A stretch of 64,000 nucleotides of DNA from Callorhinchus milii (GCF_018977255.1 NW_024704743.1:4900001-4964000); one strand, 5' to 3'; counted from the first letter of the stretch, positions 1 to 12,730 are shown. The notes: a model not told the origin generated them from the sequence alone. Made by a program: numbers and translations.

Positions 1-179
1 GGTTGAGATAGGGTGAAGATGAGTTTGGATTGAGATCAGGGCTAAAATTAGTATACAGTTGGACTGAGAATTGGGCTTGGGTATTCAGTCAGGAGAAATG
101 TTGGATCAGGAAGAAGGCTGAGAATGAGATTTTGAAGACATGGTGCAGGATGGAGTTGGGATGAGGTTGGTGATGAAAC

Positions 180-392
180 TGGAATGCACTGCTTGAAACG
201 TCGGTGGAAGTAGATTTGATAAAAACTTTCAAGATTAGGAGTGGTTAGATGTTCGGGGAGGACAGTTTTGCAAGGCTATGGGGAGAGTACGGGGGAGTGG
301 GATTAATTTGGATTGCTCTTTCAAATAGCCGGCAAGGGGACGTTGGGCCGAATGGGCTCCTTCGGTGCTGTATAATTCTATGATTCTATGAT
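180..392 (+). mobile_element. CR1-clade LINE 3' end fragment
   Basis: tggaatgcactgc... (WNAL motif), then 3' UTR gggccgaatgg..ctccttc.gtgctgta and a ctatgattctatg tail; the same block recurs at 7405-7690 and 59970-60155. Confidence 0.8.
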
Positions 393-489
393 TAGGGTGA
401 GTCTTGGGCCTGTGGGTTGGGATGGCAATTAGATTTCATGTTTAAGGTGAGGATTTGGGTAAGAGTTACTGTATACCTATGGTTGAGAT

Positions 490-750
490 GAGTGTATCAC
501 TCTACCTTCCTCGTCTTGTCCCTTGCTTCTCCATCTGCAGGTCACGTCTGAAGATGCGCTCCGAGACGCTACCCTGCGTGAAGGGCGCTATATAAATGCA
601 AGTTGTTGTTGATGTGCCTGAAAACTTCCTCTTCGACCGTGCCTACCGGTCACCTCCCCCTCCACCCAGCTCGGCAATAGGCTCTACTACTTTTAAGCGC
701 TCTGGGACGCGAGTGAGGGGCGCTCTATAAACGCAAGATGTTGTTGTTGG
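490..750 (+). mobile_element. Two tandem L2-type LINE 3' ends
   Basis: ctcttcgaccgtgcc and gcgct(a/c)tataaa(t/c)gcaag followed by (gtt)n tails, matching the ends of the longer L2 copies in this window. Confidence 0.7.
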
Positions 751-894
751 TATGTGGGGGAGAGTGCAGTTTGTGGTGTGGGTTGTGTTAGGGCTGAGAG
801 TAGGGTGAGGGCTTGAGAGTTGTGTGAAGGGTTGTTAGTAGTTGGGGTTGCGACCTGGCTTGAGATCGGGCTGAGGGGTTGTGTACAGGGTTGT

Positions 895-1064
895 GAATCC
901 ACAACTGTTTGAGGGACATTGTTGTGCGCAATTGACTGCCCCGTTTTTGCCCACAAAATATATAGTCAATTACACTTTACAGTATATTCTGTGAAGCGCT
1001 TTGAGATGTCTTGAAGAGGTGATAAGGCGCTATATCAAATGCAAGGATTATTATTATTATTATT
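895..1064 (+). mobile_element. tRNA-Ala-headed SINE family (SINE-A), 5'-truncated copy
   Basis: Body ctgtttg.gggac..tgtgcgcaattg.ctgcc, tail gtgaagcgctttgaga...gcgctatatcaaatgcaagg(att)n. Confidence 0.85.
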
Positions 1065-1065
1065 A

Positions 1066-1532
1066 GGTTGTGCTTGTGGTTGAGATGAGGTTGTGTTTGG
1101 GGGTTGAGGGTTGTGTTTTGGGGTGAGATGAGGTTGTGTTTGAGGTTAAGTTTGGGGGTGAGATGAGGTTGTGTTTGGGGTTGAGATTGGGGTGAGATGA
1201 GGTTGTGTGTGGGGATGGTGAAGGGTTGTGTTTGGGGTGAGATTGGGGGTGAGATGAAGTTCTGTTTGGAGGTGAGATGAGGTTGTGTTTGGTGGGGGGA
1301 AGGGGTTGTGTTTGGGGGATGAGGGGTTGTGTTTGGGGGTGAGATGAGGTTGTGTTTGGGGGGGTGAAGGGTTGAGTTTGGGGGTGAGATGAGGTTGTGT
1401 TTGGGGGGGGTGAGGGGTTGAGTTTGGGGGTGAGATGAGGTTGTGTTTGGGGATGAGATGAGGTTGTGTTTGGTGAGGGTGAGGGCTTGAGATTGGGGGT
1501 GAGATTAGGTTGTGTTTGGTGAGGGTGAGGGT
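1066..1532. repeat. G/T-rich minisatellite (unit about ggtgagatgaggttgtgtttggg), ending at an assembly gap
   Basis: More than 10 degenerate tandem units; N run at 1533-1557. Confidence 0.9.
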
Positions 1533-1819
1533 NNNNNNNNNNNNNNNNNNNNNNNNNGTGTGCGTGTGTGTGGTTTTTTTGGCTTCGTGTCTTCATTGAG
1601 GCCTGAGAGGGAGAGAGGGGGGGAGAGAAGACTGAGGCTGGAGGGGGGTTGTCTATGTGGAGATTTGGCCTGAGACACAGACACACACAGACTGGGGGAG
1701 ACCAGACTAGACTGGGCAGACTGACTGACTGTCTGACTGACTGAGAAAGATTGAAGAGGGACAGACAGACAGTGAGACTGACTGAGACAGAAGGAGAGAA
1801 AGAGCAGAAAGAAAGAGCG

Positions 1820-1984
1820 AGACAGACAAACTGACTGAAAAAGATTGAGAGACAGACAGAGACTGGGACAGAGAGAGAGAGAGAGAGAGAGAGAGGCAGA
1901 CAAACTGACTGAGAAAGATTGAGAGGGACAGAGAGAGAGAGAGAGAGAGAGAGGCAGACAAACTGACTGAGAAAGATTGAGAGG

Positions 1985-2018
<34 letters not shown>

Positions 2019-2605
2019 CAGACAAACTGACTGAGAAAGATTGAGAGGGACAGAGAGAGAGAGGAGAGAGAGAGAGGCAGACAAACTGACTGAGAAAGAT
2101 TGAGAGGGACAGAGAGAGAGAGAGAGAGGCAGACAAACTGACTGAGAAAGATTGAGAGGGACAGAGAGAGAGAGAGAGAGAGGCAGACAAACTGACTGAG
2201 AAAGATTGAGAGGGACAGAGAGAGAGAGAGAGAGAGAGAGGCAGACAAACTGACTGAGAAAGATTGAGAGGGACAGAGAGAGAGAGAGAGAGAGAGAGGG
2301 CAGACAAACTGACTGAGAAAGATTGAGAGGGACAGAGAGAGAGAGAGAGAGAGAGAGGCAGACAAACTGACTGAGAAAGATTGAGAGGGACAGAGAGAGA
2401 GAGAGAGAGAGAGAGAGGCAGACAAACTGACTGAGAAAGATTGAGAGGGACAGAGAGAGAGAGAGAGAGGCAGACAAACTGACTGAGAAAGATTGAGAGG
2501 GACAGAGAGAGAGAGAGAGGCAGACAAACTGACTGAGAAAGATTGAGAGGGACAGAGAGAGAGAGAGAGAGAGGCAGACAAACTGACTGAGAAAGATTGA
2601 GAGGA
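1820..2605. repeat. Compound minisatellite gcagacaaactgactgagaaagattgagagggaca+(ga)n
   Basis: About 13-14 near-identical units separated by variable-length GA tracts; explains the SL-rich ORFs between 1063 and 3022. Confidence 0.95.
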
Positions 2606-3815
2606 AAAGACAGACTGAGGCTGTTCAGAGAGACAGACAGAGAGAGAGAGAGAGGGAGAGACAGGCAGAGAAGGGGAGGGAGAGAGAACCAGACAGAGAG
2701 GGTGAGGGGAGACCGACAGATTGAGAGGGAGACCCAAGGTCAGAGGGAGACACAGGGTCACAGGGAGGGAGACACAGGGGGACAGGGAGGGAGACACAGG
2801 GGGACAGATAGAGAGGGAAAGAGAGAGAGAGTCATAGAGGGGAAGAGTTGCACATTGAGAGGGGGAGACAGAAAAGGAGGGAGTTTGACAGATGGAGACA
2901 GACAGACATTTAGAGGGGGAGGGACTGACCGAACGGGAGAGGGGGGTGGGGGGGGAGAAGAGACAGACAGATACACATATACACACACATACACAAGAGA
3001 AAGTGTGGGAGAACCAGGGCATGTGGCCTTTGGAGAGTTTGTAAGCATTGGAAAAAAAAGCTGCTTTGACTGGTTGTTTACACCTTACTTTGCATTATTT
3101 TACGTAATAAGAATCCAATTCAAGGATTATTCTTTATTTATTTTTGCGTAAAATCACGGGACGTCCTCCCGACGTGAAAAGCGCTATATCAAATGCAAGG
3201 ATTATTTTGGTGTCAAATGTCTAGAAAGGCTATTGCATGTCCTTTACTTGGGGGCGGCGGGGGGGGGGGGGAAGAAGCTGTTTGAGCTGCTGAAATATTC
3301 TTGTTCATGTTGCTGAATTATTTTGGGATGTGTCGGTATTGTATTTATGGCTGTGTGTAATCTGCACACCGAACCACGGAAAGGAGCGGGAAAAGTCATT
3401 GCCGATATCATTTTTGATAAATTACCATTTCGGTAAAGTTTTCTTTTGGGGGTGTGAGCTGTTTGATTTGAGGGGAATGCGTTTTACAGCCCAACGAGAT
3501 GGATAATTGACAAGTATCTGAAAATCTATAAAACTACAGACATACTGTGAAATGACATGTAATGGTCCACTTCAGAGCGTAGCTTTCAAGAATTAATCAA
3601 AAAAGAGGCTTCAGGGTCTATTGGGACTAAATCTTGTTAGTAACCATCAGGTTCATGCCACATACTACTTGTTGTGTGTGACTCTGATAACTGGTTCGTT
3701 TCAGGTCTTTTGCGGTTGCTATTAAGAGGACTCGCATTGACTTTCAACTTGGCCACGACTTGATCTCGTTGAATGCGATGTTTCCCACGTTTGCTGGTAC
3801 ATGCTTGACAACACT

Positions 3816-4123
3816 GGAGTCCTGTAGCTCAGTGGTCAGAGCACTCGCCTCGCGAGCAAAAGACCTGGGTTCGATTCCCGGCAGGGGCCGAAACCTTGGG
3901 CAAGTTTCCTTACTCCACACGCCTGATAATAATCCCTCAAAACAAAGACAATAATGAATTGGTCACTTCAATCGACGGCTGTTTGTGGGACGCTGCTGTG
4001 CACAATTGGCTGCTGAGTTTCGCCCACAAATATACAGTTAATTCACTTCACAGTATATTCTGTGAAGCTCTTTGAGACACCTACAAGATGTGAAAAGCGC
4101 TATATCAAATGCAAGGATTATTA
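3816..4123 (+). mobile_element. SINE-A, full-length short variant
   Basis: Head ggagtcctgtagctcagtggtcagagc...ggttcgattccc (A and B boxes), junction ccacacgcct|gataataatccc, L2-like tail. Confidence 0.9.
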
Positions 4124-7100
4124 ATATATTATAACAAAAATGTGCACTTATAGAGCATCTTTTACGTTGAAGCCCTTGGACACACTCCCACCCCCAACTT
4201 TCTTGATTCCAACCCCCAGCTCGGGTGCAAACCCTCAACTGTCCAGTGGCTTGGGACTTCCTTCCAATGCGAAAGGTGCTATGCAAATATCATTCGTTTT
4301 TGTTTGTTTTACAGAGATGGGAGTGGAAACCTGAGCAAGGCGGGAAATGGGAGAGGGAGGGTTGCAGGAGGGAGTTGACTGAAGGCATGCTTGCTTTTTA
4401 GAAGTAGGTTTTCATAGTAGTTTTGAAAGCAAAGAGGTAGAGGGTGCGGCAGATGGATATTGGGTGCACGGTGATTGAAAGACCTATGTCTGTTCGATTG
4501 CTGCTGCCAGTTTGGGGCTGTGCAATTAGAAAGTGGCCAAGGAGCCAACATTAAGTGTTGCCAACATTCCCATTCTACCTGCCGCAGCTCTCATTCCTGT
4601 TCAGCACATTTCCACCTGTCTTGTGTTCATTTACATAGAACATTACAGCACAGAAATGGGCCATTAGACCCAACAAGTCTGTGCTGGATTTAGTTTTAGA
4701 AAGTTTGCTGACATGGATGGCCATCTGCATTGGCAAAAATAAAATGTCACAAGTTTACTAATGAGAGCACCCAATATAACAGTTTCACTATTGCCGTCCT
4801 CACCTTTGCCAATACCATCTTTATCAGTTTTTTTTTACGTATCCAGTATTCTGAGTAGCTTAGAAAATACCTGTTGAAAATGAATATTTAGAGGTTGTTT
4901 TTTTGGAGGTGGGAAAGTATTTTGAATCTCCACCCAGAAGTTATTGTGTAATAACTTTATTTATTGTTATTATGAAATGAAAGTTGCACAGACACGAGTA
5001 CATTGAAGAAGTGGAAATCTTTATTGAAGAAGTGCGTCAAAGTGGGAAGGGTCGAGCCAGTTGTACAGAGTTTTATGGTCACCTGAGCATTGGTACCATG
5101 GATTCTGATTGTATTATCTGAAGCAAAAGCATGTGAGTTAGTGGTGCGCACCTCTTAATATCTTCATGAAATGTTACGAAATGTTGAACTTCCAGCTTTG
5201 GTATATATTCCTTGTGATCAGAGGAGTTTTAGATGCCTAATAGCTGGTCTTTATCTACAGCTTGCGTTGTGATTTGCTTTCACAGATAGAGTTCAGTTAC
5301 ACTGGGAGGTTTGTATGTCACATGGTGAATGGTCTTTGGGGTCTGAGTATGGAGAGGCTGGATAGACAGTGACATGCAGAGTGGTGTTGTGTGGCTCTTG
5401 GTGCTCAGGAACTGTTAATGGCGTGTGAGCGCTGTTGTGATTAGCGGATGAATTGGACTTATTGTTTTTATAATACTGTATTAATCTTCTGCAAAACTTC
5501 TACGACTCCTGAGGTGAAGATTTGCACTCGCTTCATATAACAGATGCAGGTCAGGAATTGGGTTAATTGTGGGGAAAGTACCATCGGTGTTAAATAATTA
5601 AACGGTAAAGCACTGTTTTGCGCTACGGTTCTGTAAACGATAGTATCAGAGATGGACATAATTGACTCGTTCAAGACGGGGTCAAATTGGAAGGAAAGAG
5701 TCTAATTTCAGATGAAGGGTGGGGAGTGTAGCAAAATACTTATAGTACTGTTTTAAAAAAACGCAGAATGCATAACTGACAGAATTTACATTGCGGTGTT
5801 GAGTTTAAAAATTGGTGGGGTTGGGGTTTGTGTGTAGGGGGAGACGTGGACTGATTTAAAAAAAAAAGCTCGAGGCTGTGGTTGGAATGCTGGCAAATGT
5901 TTTGTGGGTTTCTTGAATTTTTTTTAGGATAATTAATGGTGTAAGAGTAAATGCTATGATCTTTGTCATCTGTAATTTTTGTTTTTCATCTCCAAACAAA
6001 TGTCCTGGTTATACTTTGAATTCTGGACTGATGCCCTCACCATCTCGCTAGTCACTAGTTGGTCGTTCGACAAGCGCGGGGTTCGAGCCCTCACTAGGTG
6101 GACGGTAGGTACCAGGAACACCCTGTGAGCTTCCTGGTGGACAACACAGCTCAGCATAAAATATGTGAGAGCAGCATTGCCACCATCTTCCTGTCCGCAG
6201 CTCGGACACAAGTCCTTTCCCGTTGATTGACGGTTCCACCGGGTGGAAATGCTGATCTTAAAGCAGCTGCTTACCTCTCTGCGAGCAAATCAATGTGGAT
6301 TTCAGGCGCTGGACGAACGGGTATTCACAAACTCCGGCTCCCGGTAACGCCTTCCAGCAGCTGTCGTTCCAATCTTCAGGGATTCCTCGTCAGCTATCTG
6401 GCGGGCATCTGCCTTCAGAGTGGTGGGAGGATCTTTACAGGACAGCTTGCGACGTGGCAGCCACCTTGACCTGTTGCTAAGCACCTTAAAGGTGGGGTTG
6501 GCTTCACAGCAGGCGCGTCTGTTTGCCAAGGCCCCTCACCTGAGGACCTGGATTAAGTAGCTGGTGTTGAGTGAGTCTGGTACGTGGCTTTGGACTTGGA
6601 CCTCAATCAGTTGTTGCAAGCTTCAATACTTTTAATTGTCAAGATTGTACATTCGCTCACAATAATCATATGATGGCTTTATACATCTGTGCAAGCACAA
6701 TGCATCATTTCTCAGCAAAACCACTTCCTGTTAGCAACTCAATTCTAACATTAGAGCATCCTAATCTTGTGAAATAATCCTCACTTCCTTTTGGGTGAGG
6801 CAGCCAAGAGAGCTCAATGGCCATAATCACAGTACTTCTGAAACTCTAGCCAAAGTTCAAATTGAAAGTTCTGAAACCTATGTTTAGTAACTACGGCATA
6901 TTTAGGCTTCTAGCTTTTCTGTTTATGCAGTTTTCAAAGATTGCTCTTTGTGTCAACTGGCATGATGATGCACAGTATTGGGGCTTTCCTTACAAACGTG
7001 TGTTTGGCACCTGATTAGGATTATTTTTTGCGAGCAATTTTTGGAGCCATTTGAGATGGAATTTGCTGCTTTAGCGTAGTTAAAAAGAATCATTTTTAAA

Positions 7101-7404
7101 AAGAAGTTAGAAATATGTTTTCCCTCCCACAATCTAACTCAATTATCTAGAATGTATGAGAAGCAAATTTGCTGGATTTAATGTTTTGTGAGTAGCATTG
7201 AAAATCCATCAGAAAATGTACAGTTCCTGCACATTTGCTTCTTACAAAACTGTTCGTTTGCAGTTTGCTTTTTCTTGTATCCTTTTGAATGTGCGTACCC
7301 TTTGCGCCTTATACACCGAATAGCATCCGGGAACAGTGAGTAGCAATAAGTAAATCACTTGCGCTTCAATTTATATATTATTTAATCCTACTAATTCCCT
7401 TCAG

Positions 7405-7690
7405 ATTTAAGATAATTGGCAAAAGAACCAGAGGGGAGATGAGAAGAATTTTTTTTTACCCAGAGAGTGGTTACGATCTGGAATGCACTGCCTGAGAGGG
7501 TGGTGGGAACAGATTCAATAAAAACTTTCAAAAGGGAATTGGGCAGGTACTTGAAAAGGAAAAAACATTGCAAGGCTATGGGGAGAGAGCGGAAGAGTGG
7601 GACTCATTGGGTAGCTCTTCCAAAGAGACCGGCACAGGCACGATGGGCCAAACAAATGGTCTCCTTCTGTGCTGAAAGATTCTATGATAT
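7405..7690 (+). mobile_element. CR1 LINE 3' end (ORF2 C-terminus plus 3' UTR)
   Basis: Translates FFTQRVVTIWNALPERVV...TFKRELGRYL, a typical CR1 C-terminus; attctatg tail. Confidence 0.85.
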
Positions 7691-7740
7691 ACCCTTTCCT
7701 GAAAAGACTTTTGTCTCTTTGTCTCCCCCCACCCACCCCT

Positions 7741-8075
7741 CTACTGGAGCAAGGCTTTCATTCGTGTGTCGATTTGGACATTGGTCGTCAAGCTATTTTG
7801 CTTTAGGATGTGGGGGATGGAGAAAGTTACAGCTGAACTCAATCTGTCATCCACTGAAATCCACACATGTATACACTCACCAGCCATCACTGGGTGACAA
7901 TCATTCGTGGTAATCCTGCCTAGTTTTCCCTCTCCATCGCTTGGCAGTGAGTCTCTCTCTATTCCTACCCCAGCTGAGATCAATTACTTGTAACTGAACA
8001 CATCCAAAAGCTGGGACCTTCCTCCAGTCTGCAGTACTCAACAACTCGCTGGATAAACTCACTAAGCCACTGAAT
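7741..8075 (-). mobile_element. Ancient tRNA-derived SINE, MamSINE1-like
   Basis: Minus strand reads ...gaaggtcccag...tgatctcagctgggg...gagagggaaaa...cagtga...tgtgtgga..., collinear with the MamSINE1 consensus as I recall it; a second head fragment lies at about 19990-20080. Confidence 0.6.
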
Positions 8076-9119
8076 CGTATCCATTTCTGCTGAACTTTTT
8101 CTAAATTGGCTGTAGCATTAATGCTGCAGAAATTTGCGCAACCATTTACCAAATGATATTAAAGGAATAACTTGTCGTTTGGTAATAATAATATTGCAAT
8201 AATGATCCTCGTATTTGATACAGCGATATAGTGCCTTTCACATCGGGAGGATGTCTCAAAGCGCTTCACAGGATACGCTGTGAAGTGGAGTGGACGCATA
8301 TTTTGTAGGGGAACGAAACAGCCAATTTGCGCCCAGCAATGTCCCACAAGCAGTAGGAAATGATAAACTGATTTTATTTGAGAGATTATTAGCCAGGGCA
8401 CTGGAGAACCTCCCTTTGCTTTTCGAAGGCTGCTTCAGTTTAACATCCAAACTGAACAGACTGTGGACACCTAAACCACAAGAACAACTTGCCCTTCACA
8501 CCAGAACGCATCTCTGAGCGTATACTAGGACTAGCTCTCCGGTCATTTTTAACTTCAGATGTCTTATGTTGTGAACTTATTAACCGTACCTGTAATAATA
8601 CCTCGACAACCCAAGTCTTTGTCTTTCTTTTTAAACAGTGAGAGGGATAGTAGCTGACTACAGGAGGATACAGACAGGCTTGTAAAATTGATTAATGTCT
8701 CATCTTGAAAGGCATTATATAAATATATATATATATATAGAGAGAGAGAGAGTGGGCTTAATTCGTACCAGTATATACACAGCAAAATGGTACAAGGAAG
8801 CATATTTGACTTATTGGACATTATAACACGTTGTTTTCTCACGTGGGTTTGCTTGTCATTGTGATTGGGTTGTCATGTCATTGCTATCAACTTAATATCC
8901 AAAATGTCATCGTTGTGCCCACCACGATCCATCATCATATTTCAAATTGCACTTGCAATCCAGCAATACTTCAACACACGGCAGAGCAACAACGGGATTT
9001 GAAGCGCGATGCCTCGATTTAAAACCAATGGAGGCACGTGGCTTTCTGAGCGCATTTGTGGCGACATAAAGCCATTCAAAAACAAAAGCATTGCTGCATT
9101 CCCAGGACAAAAGCTCGAT

Positions 9120-9580
9120 TCAAGCTGGTGAATCGGGCAGACACGTGGCAGATGGAATTTAATGCGGAGAAGTGTGAAGTGATGCATTTTGGCGGGAGGA
9201 ATGAGGAGAGGCAATATAAGATTAAACGGTACAATTTTAAAGGGGGTTCAGGAACAGAGAGACCTGGGGGGGTTCACATGCACAAATCCTTGAAGGTGGC
9301 AGGACAAGTTGGCAAAGCTGAAAAAAAAGCATATGTGATCCTTGGGTTTATAAATAGAGGCATAGAGAATAAAAGCAAAGAACTTATGTTGAATCTAGAC
9401 CTCAGCTGGAGTATTGTGTCCAATTCTGAGCACCACACTATAGGAAAGCTGTCAAGGCTTCAGAGATGATGCAGAGGAAATTTACAAGAATGGTTCCAGG
9501 GATGAGGGACTACAATCATATGGATAGACTGGAGAGGCTGGGATTCTCCTTAGAGCGCAGAATGTTGAGGGGAGCTTTTA
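9120..9580 (+). mobile_element. CR1 LINE ORF2 fragment (C-terminal to RT), degenerate
   Basis: Peptides WQMEFNAEKCEVMHFG and AYVILGFINRGIE in ORF 9056-9469, with frameshifts. Confidence 0.9.
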
Positions 9581-10479
9581 ATGATTTGGGGACTTGAACC
9601 TCTCAATCTCTCTGTCACTCGACCTCTCCTAGTATTTCCCCTTTAGAACATACTCCCAACCACTATTCCTCAGTCTGAACCTGACACTTCATAAGGTTAA
9701 ACGTCACGTGTTTACTTCTACCCACTCACTTAATCTATCTATGTTCCTTTGCATTTGATTTACCTATCCTCTTCACGATTTCACAATCTTCACAACACCT
9801 CCGGCCTCAGTGCCATCTTCAAACTTAGAGATAGTCCAACTGATCCACTTGTCACTATTCATCAATCAGAGTATGACCCCTTTTATTAAAAACTCCTATT
9901 TCACAACCAAATTCTCATCCATGACAAACAAAATGTAGATTTGTGAGACATGATCTGCCCTTCACAAACCCCAAAATCTCACTGGTCGGTGCATATTTTC
10001 TGAACGCTCAATTATTCTGTCCTTGATGTTAGATTCTAATAATTGTTCCAGCTTCAATGTGATACTCAGGAGCCTATTGTTGCTTTGTCCCTTCTTGAAT
10101 AATGGAGTTACATTTATTCTGTAAGTACCTCAATCCTTTCGCCTTCACATCTGAGGAACTTTCTCTTCAACTATGCCTAGGGTCACTGCCCACTGGCTCA
10201 GTTTCAAGCTCTGCCACTGTTAAGCACTCCAAGATGTTACCCCAAGTGAAGGGCACTATATAAATCCAATTTGCTATTGTTGTTGTACTTCCACTGGTTG
10301 GTGAGTCAGTGACTAGAGGGCATCAATTTAAGATATTGATCAAACGAGCAAATGAGCATGTTAGGAGAATTATTTTCAAGCACAGAGTGATTAGAGTATG
10401 GAATGTGTTGCCAAGAGCGATGGTTGAGAATCCACACTAACTAACTTCCTAGAAAGGCAACTAGATAGATACAATGCAA

Positions 10480-11050
10480 AGTACAACATTTCATTTGTAT
10501 GGTGGCTTTTACATTGGGAGGACGTCCCAAGGTGCTGGACAGTATGGGGTTTGGACCCAAGCTGGGGGTTGAGATCAGGGAGGTAGGGTGGTGGCTGAAG
10601 GTACTGTCGAAGAGGAGGATCTTGAGACATGCCTGGAAGGAGGCGAGGGAGTGAGCGAAGAGAAGTGAATGTGGGATGAAGTTCCAAAGGATGAGAGCAG
10701 AAAGGCCCGACCGCCAGTGGTGGGGCGGGCCGGACGGGGGACATGGAGCAGGCCGGAGCCTGCTGAGCGAAGGGAGTGGACAGGTTGATATTGAGTAAGC
10801 AGGTCACAGAGGTAGGACGGGGCAAGGCCGTGGAGGGCCTTGAAGGCGAAGATGAGAATTTTGAACTCTATCCTCAGGGACATGGGGAGCTAGTGGAGCC
10901 GGGCGAGGGTGGTGGTGATAGGGTCACGGAGCCTGGTGTGGGAGAGGACACGAGCTGTAGAATTCTATATGATCCGCAGCTTGCGGAGGGAAGAGTTGGG
11001 AAGGCCGACAAGCAGGAATTTGGCGTGGTCGAGCCTGGATGTGATGAAGA
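10480..11050 (-). mobile_element. L2 LINE 3' fragment (ORF2 C-terminus plus tail)
   Basis: RIEFKILIFAFKALHGLAPSYLCDLL...[12 protein letters not shown]...GGRAF in ORF 10575-10883. Confidence 0.9.
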
Positions 11051-11530
11051 TATCTATAACGACAATAAGATTACATTTGTGTAGCGCTTTTCACGTCAGG
11101 AGGTATGGGCCGAATGACCTTCTTCTGTCCTGTAAATTGTTATGGTTCTATTTACTATCTTCCAATCCTCTGGTATAATTCCTAAATATACTGAACTTTG
11201 GAAAATAATAATGAAAGCCTCTATGATTTATCCTCATTTCTTTTAATCCTTAGGGCCTGGAGATATGCCTGATTTCTGACCCACTAGTATATCATTGGTA
11301 TTTTTCTATTATCATTATTCCTTTAAGCTCTCTGCCTTCCCTAATCTGACTTTCCCTGATCCTCTGCCATCTCAACCTCCTTTTCCACTGTGAAGATTGA
11401 AGCAAAATATTCGTCCAACCCTTCTGCCACGTCCTTATCCTCTTACTAATCCACAACTGCTTGGGGGCCATACTGCGCACAATTGACTGCCGTGTTTCAC
11501 CCACAACGTACAGTCAATCCACTTTACAAG

Positions 11531-11906
11531 ATAAAAATAGAAGTCGCTGGGAACACGTCATCTATGGAGAGAGGAAAATTAATTAACGTTTCATGTCTAT
11601 GACCTTTTGTCAGAATTGGGGGATGTTGAAGGGAGGAAAAGCAGGGAAGTGGGAGGGGAAAGAAAGATAAAGGAAACATTTAGGTGGAGGACAGAAGATG
11701 ACGAGATCAGACGTGTTGATGATGCAAGACAAAAGAAGGCAATAGTGGGAGATTATAGAAAGAAAACGTGCGTCTAAGTCCCGAGGATGCGTGAATGGTG
11801 ATAGACGAGGGGGAGGGAGGAGGCAAGGCTGAGAGAAGACGGGAGCTGTGTTTAAGGTCTGAGGTGGTTAAAATCAATGTTGAGGCCAGAGGGCTGTAAG
11901 GTGCCC
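11531..11906 (-). mobile_element. Penelope-like retroelement remnant (GIY-YIG C-terminus plus downstream untranslated or pLTR-like sequence)
   Basis: Minus strand 11905-11852 translates GTLQPSGLNIDFNHLRP*, a typical Penelope endonuclease end; followed by a hammerhead-like core at 11613-11585. Confidence 0.75.
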
Positions 11907-12591
11907 TCTGGCTTTGAGATGTTTCTACGACGTGATAAGGAGCTATATTAAATGCAAGGATTATTATTATTATCACCACTACCGTCACACACCAGTATCT
12001 GCTTTCAATGCAGCTACCGATTTCTTTGTCACCCCCTTTTTCTGGATGTGTTTGTAAAACGGGAGAAAGGGCAGCAAAAAATAGGGACTCGCTTGAAATG
12101 AGTCCAGATAAAGTCTGGATCTTTTAATTGCTAGACGGAATTGCATTCTGAGATAATAACTTCCTGTCTGAGATTGTTTCAGTTAGCCCTGTGTTGCAGC
12201 CAAACCTTGTGCTTATTGTTCCTTTAAAGAGGCAAACAAAAGGCCATTTGGATGAAAACCAAGCGGTGTCTGGTTGGACCTGCTTTGCGGAGCTTTGCCG
12301 AGTGCTTTGGGGGTGGTCAGGACAGCCGGATAATTCTGGATCTAATGTATTTAAAATATCCTGCTAACATATCGCCACTTTGTTCTTTAACATTGAACAA
12401 CAACGTCTGTGAGGGAGACCTCATAAGGTTTCCCTGAGGTGGAAAGGCAAGTGGTCTCGAACAAAGGAAAATAATGTTTTAGAACCAAAGCTTTCACTGC
12501 CTGCAAGGCTCATTGTGGAAGTGCTGCTTGGGAATTAATGAGGTACATCAGTCTCAACCACATGTTGCTACAGTATTATGTTTCTTTATAA

Positions 12592-12730
12592 CTTGTCTCA
12601 GTTGGTTGCATGTCCGCCTCTGGGTCAGAAAGCTGTGGCTTGAAGCCTCATTAGAAATTCAGCTCATAATCTAGGCAGTGCTGTGGGAGGTGCTCGTTCT
12701 TCAAATGAAGCATTGAACTGAAATCCCATC
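12592..12730 (+). mobile_element. Deu-type SINE (SacSINE1/AmnSINE1-like) head fragment
   Basis: ctcagttggttgca...gcctctgggtcagaa...ataatctaggc matches the better copies at 27711 and 48400. Confidence 0.6.

Noticed and set aside
1..900. Telomere-like G/T-rich sequence
   Set aside because: Only isolated TTAGGG-like words in degenerate simple sequence; no tandem array
1820..2605. CRISPR-like regularly spaced repeats
   Set aside because: Spacers are only variable (GA)n tracts, not unique sequences; vertebrate context and no cas genes
1063..3151. Long ORFs of 184-505 aa
   Set aside because: Translations of GA-rich and GT-rich minisatellites (SLSL..., PQTQP...); some span an N gap and start at non-ATG codons
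3816..3890. tRNA-Ala gene (and about 12 similar heads)
   Set aside because: Each continues into the SINE body and tail with no oligo-T terminator; these are SINE heads, not tRNA genes
6559..6613. miR-138-like sequence (agctggtgttg...) in a weak hairpin
   Set aside because: Only the first 11 nt match the mature miRNA as I recall it, the star arm is absent, and the pairing relies mostly on G-U
6962..7014. C/D-box snoRNA (ATGATGA ... CTGA)
   Set aside because: Short, no convincing terminal stem or internal C'/D' boxes, and no recognisable rRNA or snRNA antisense element
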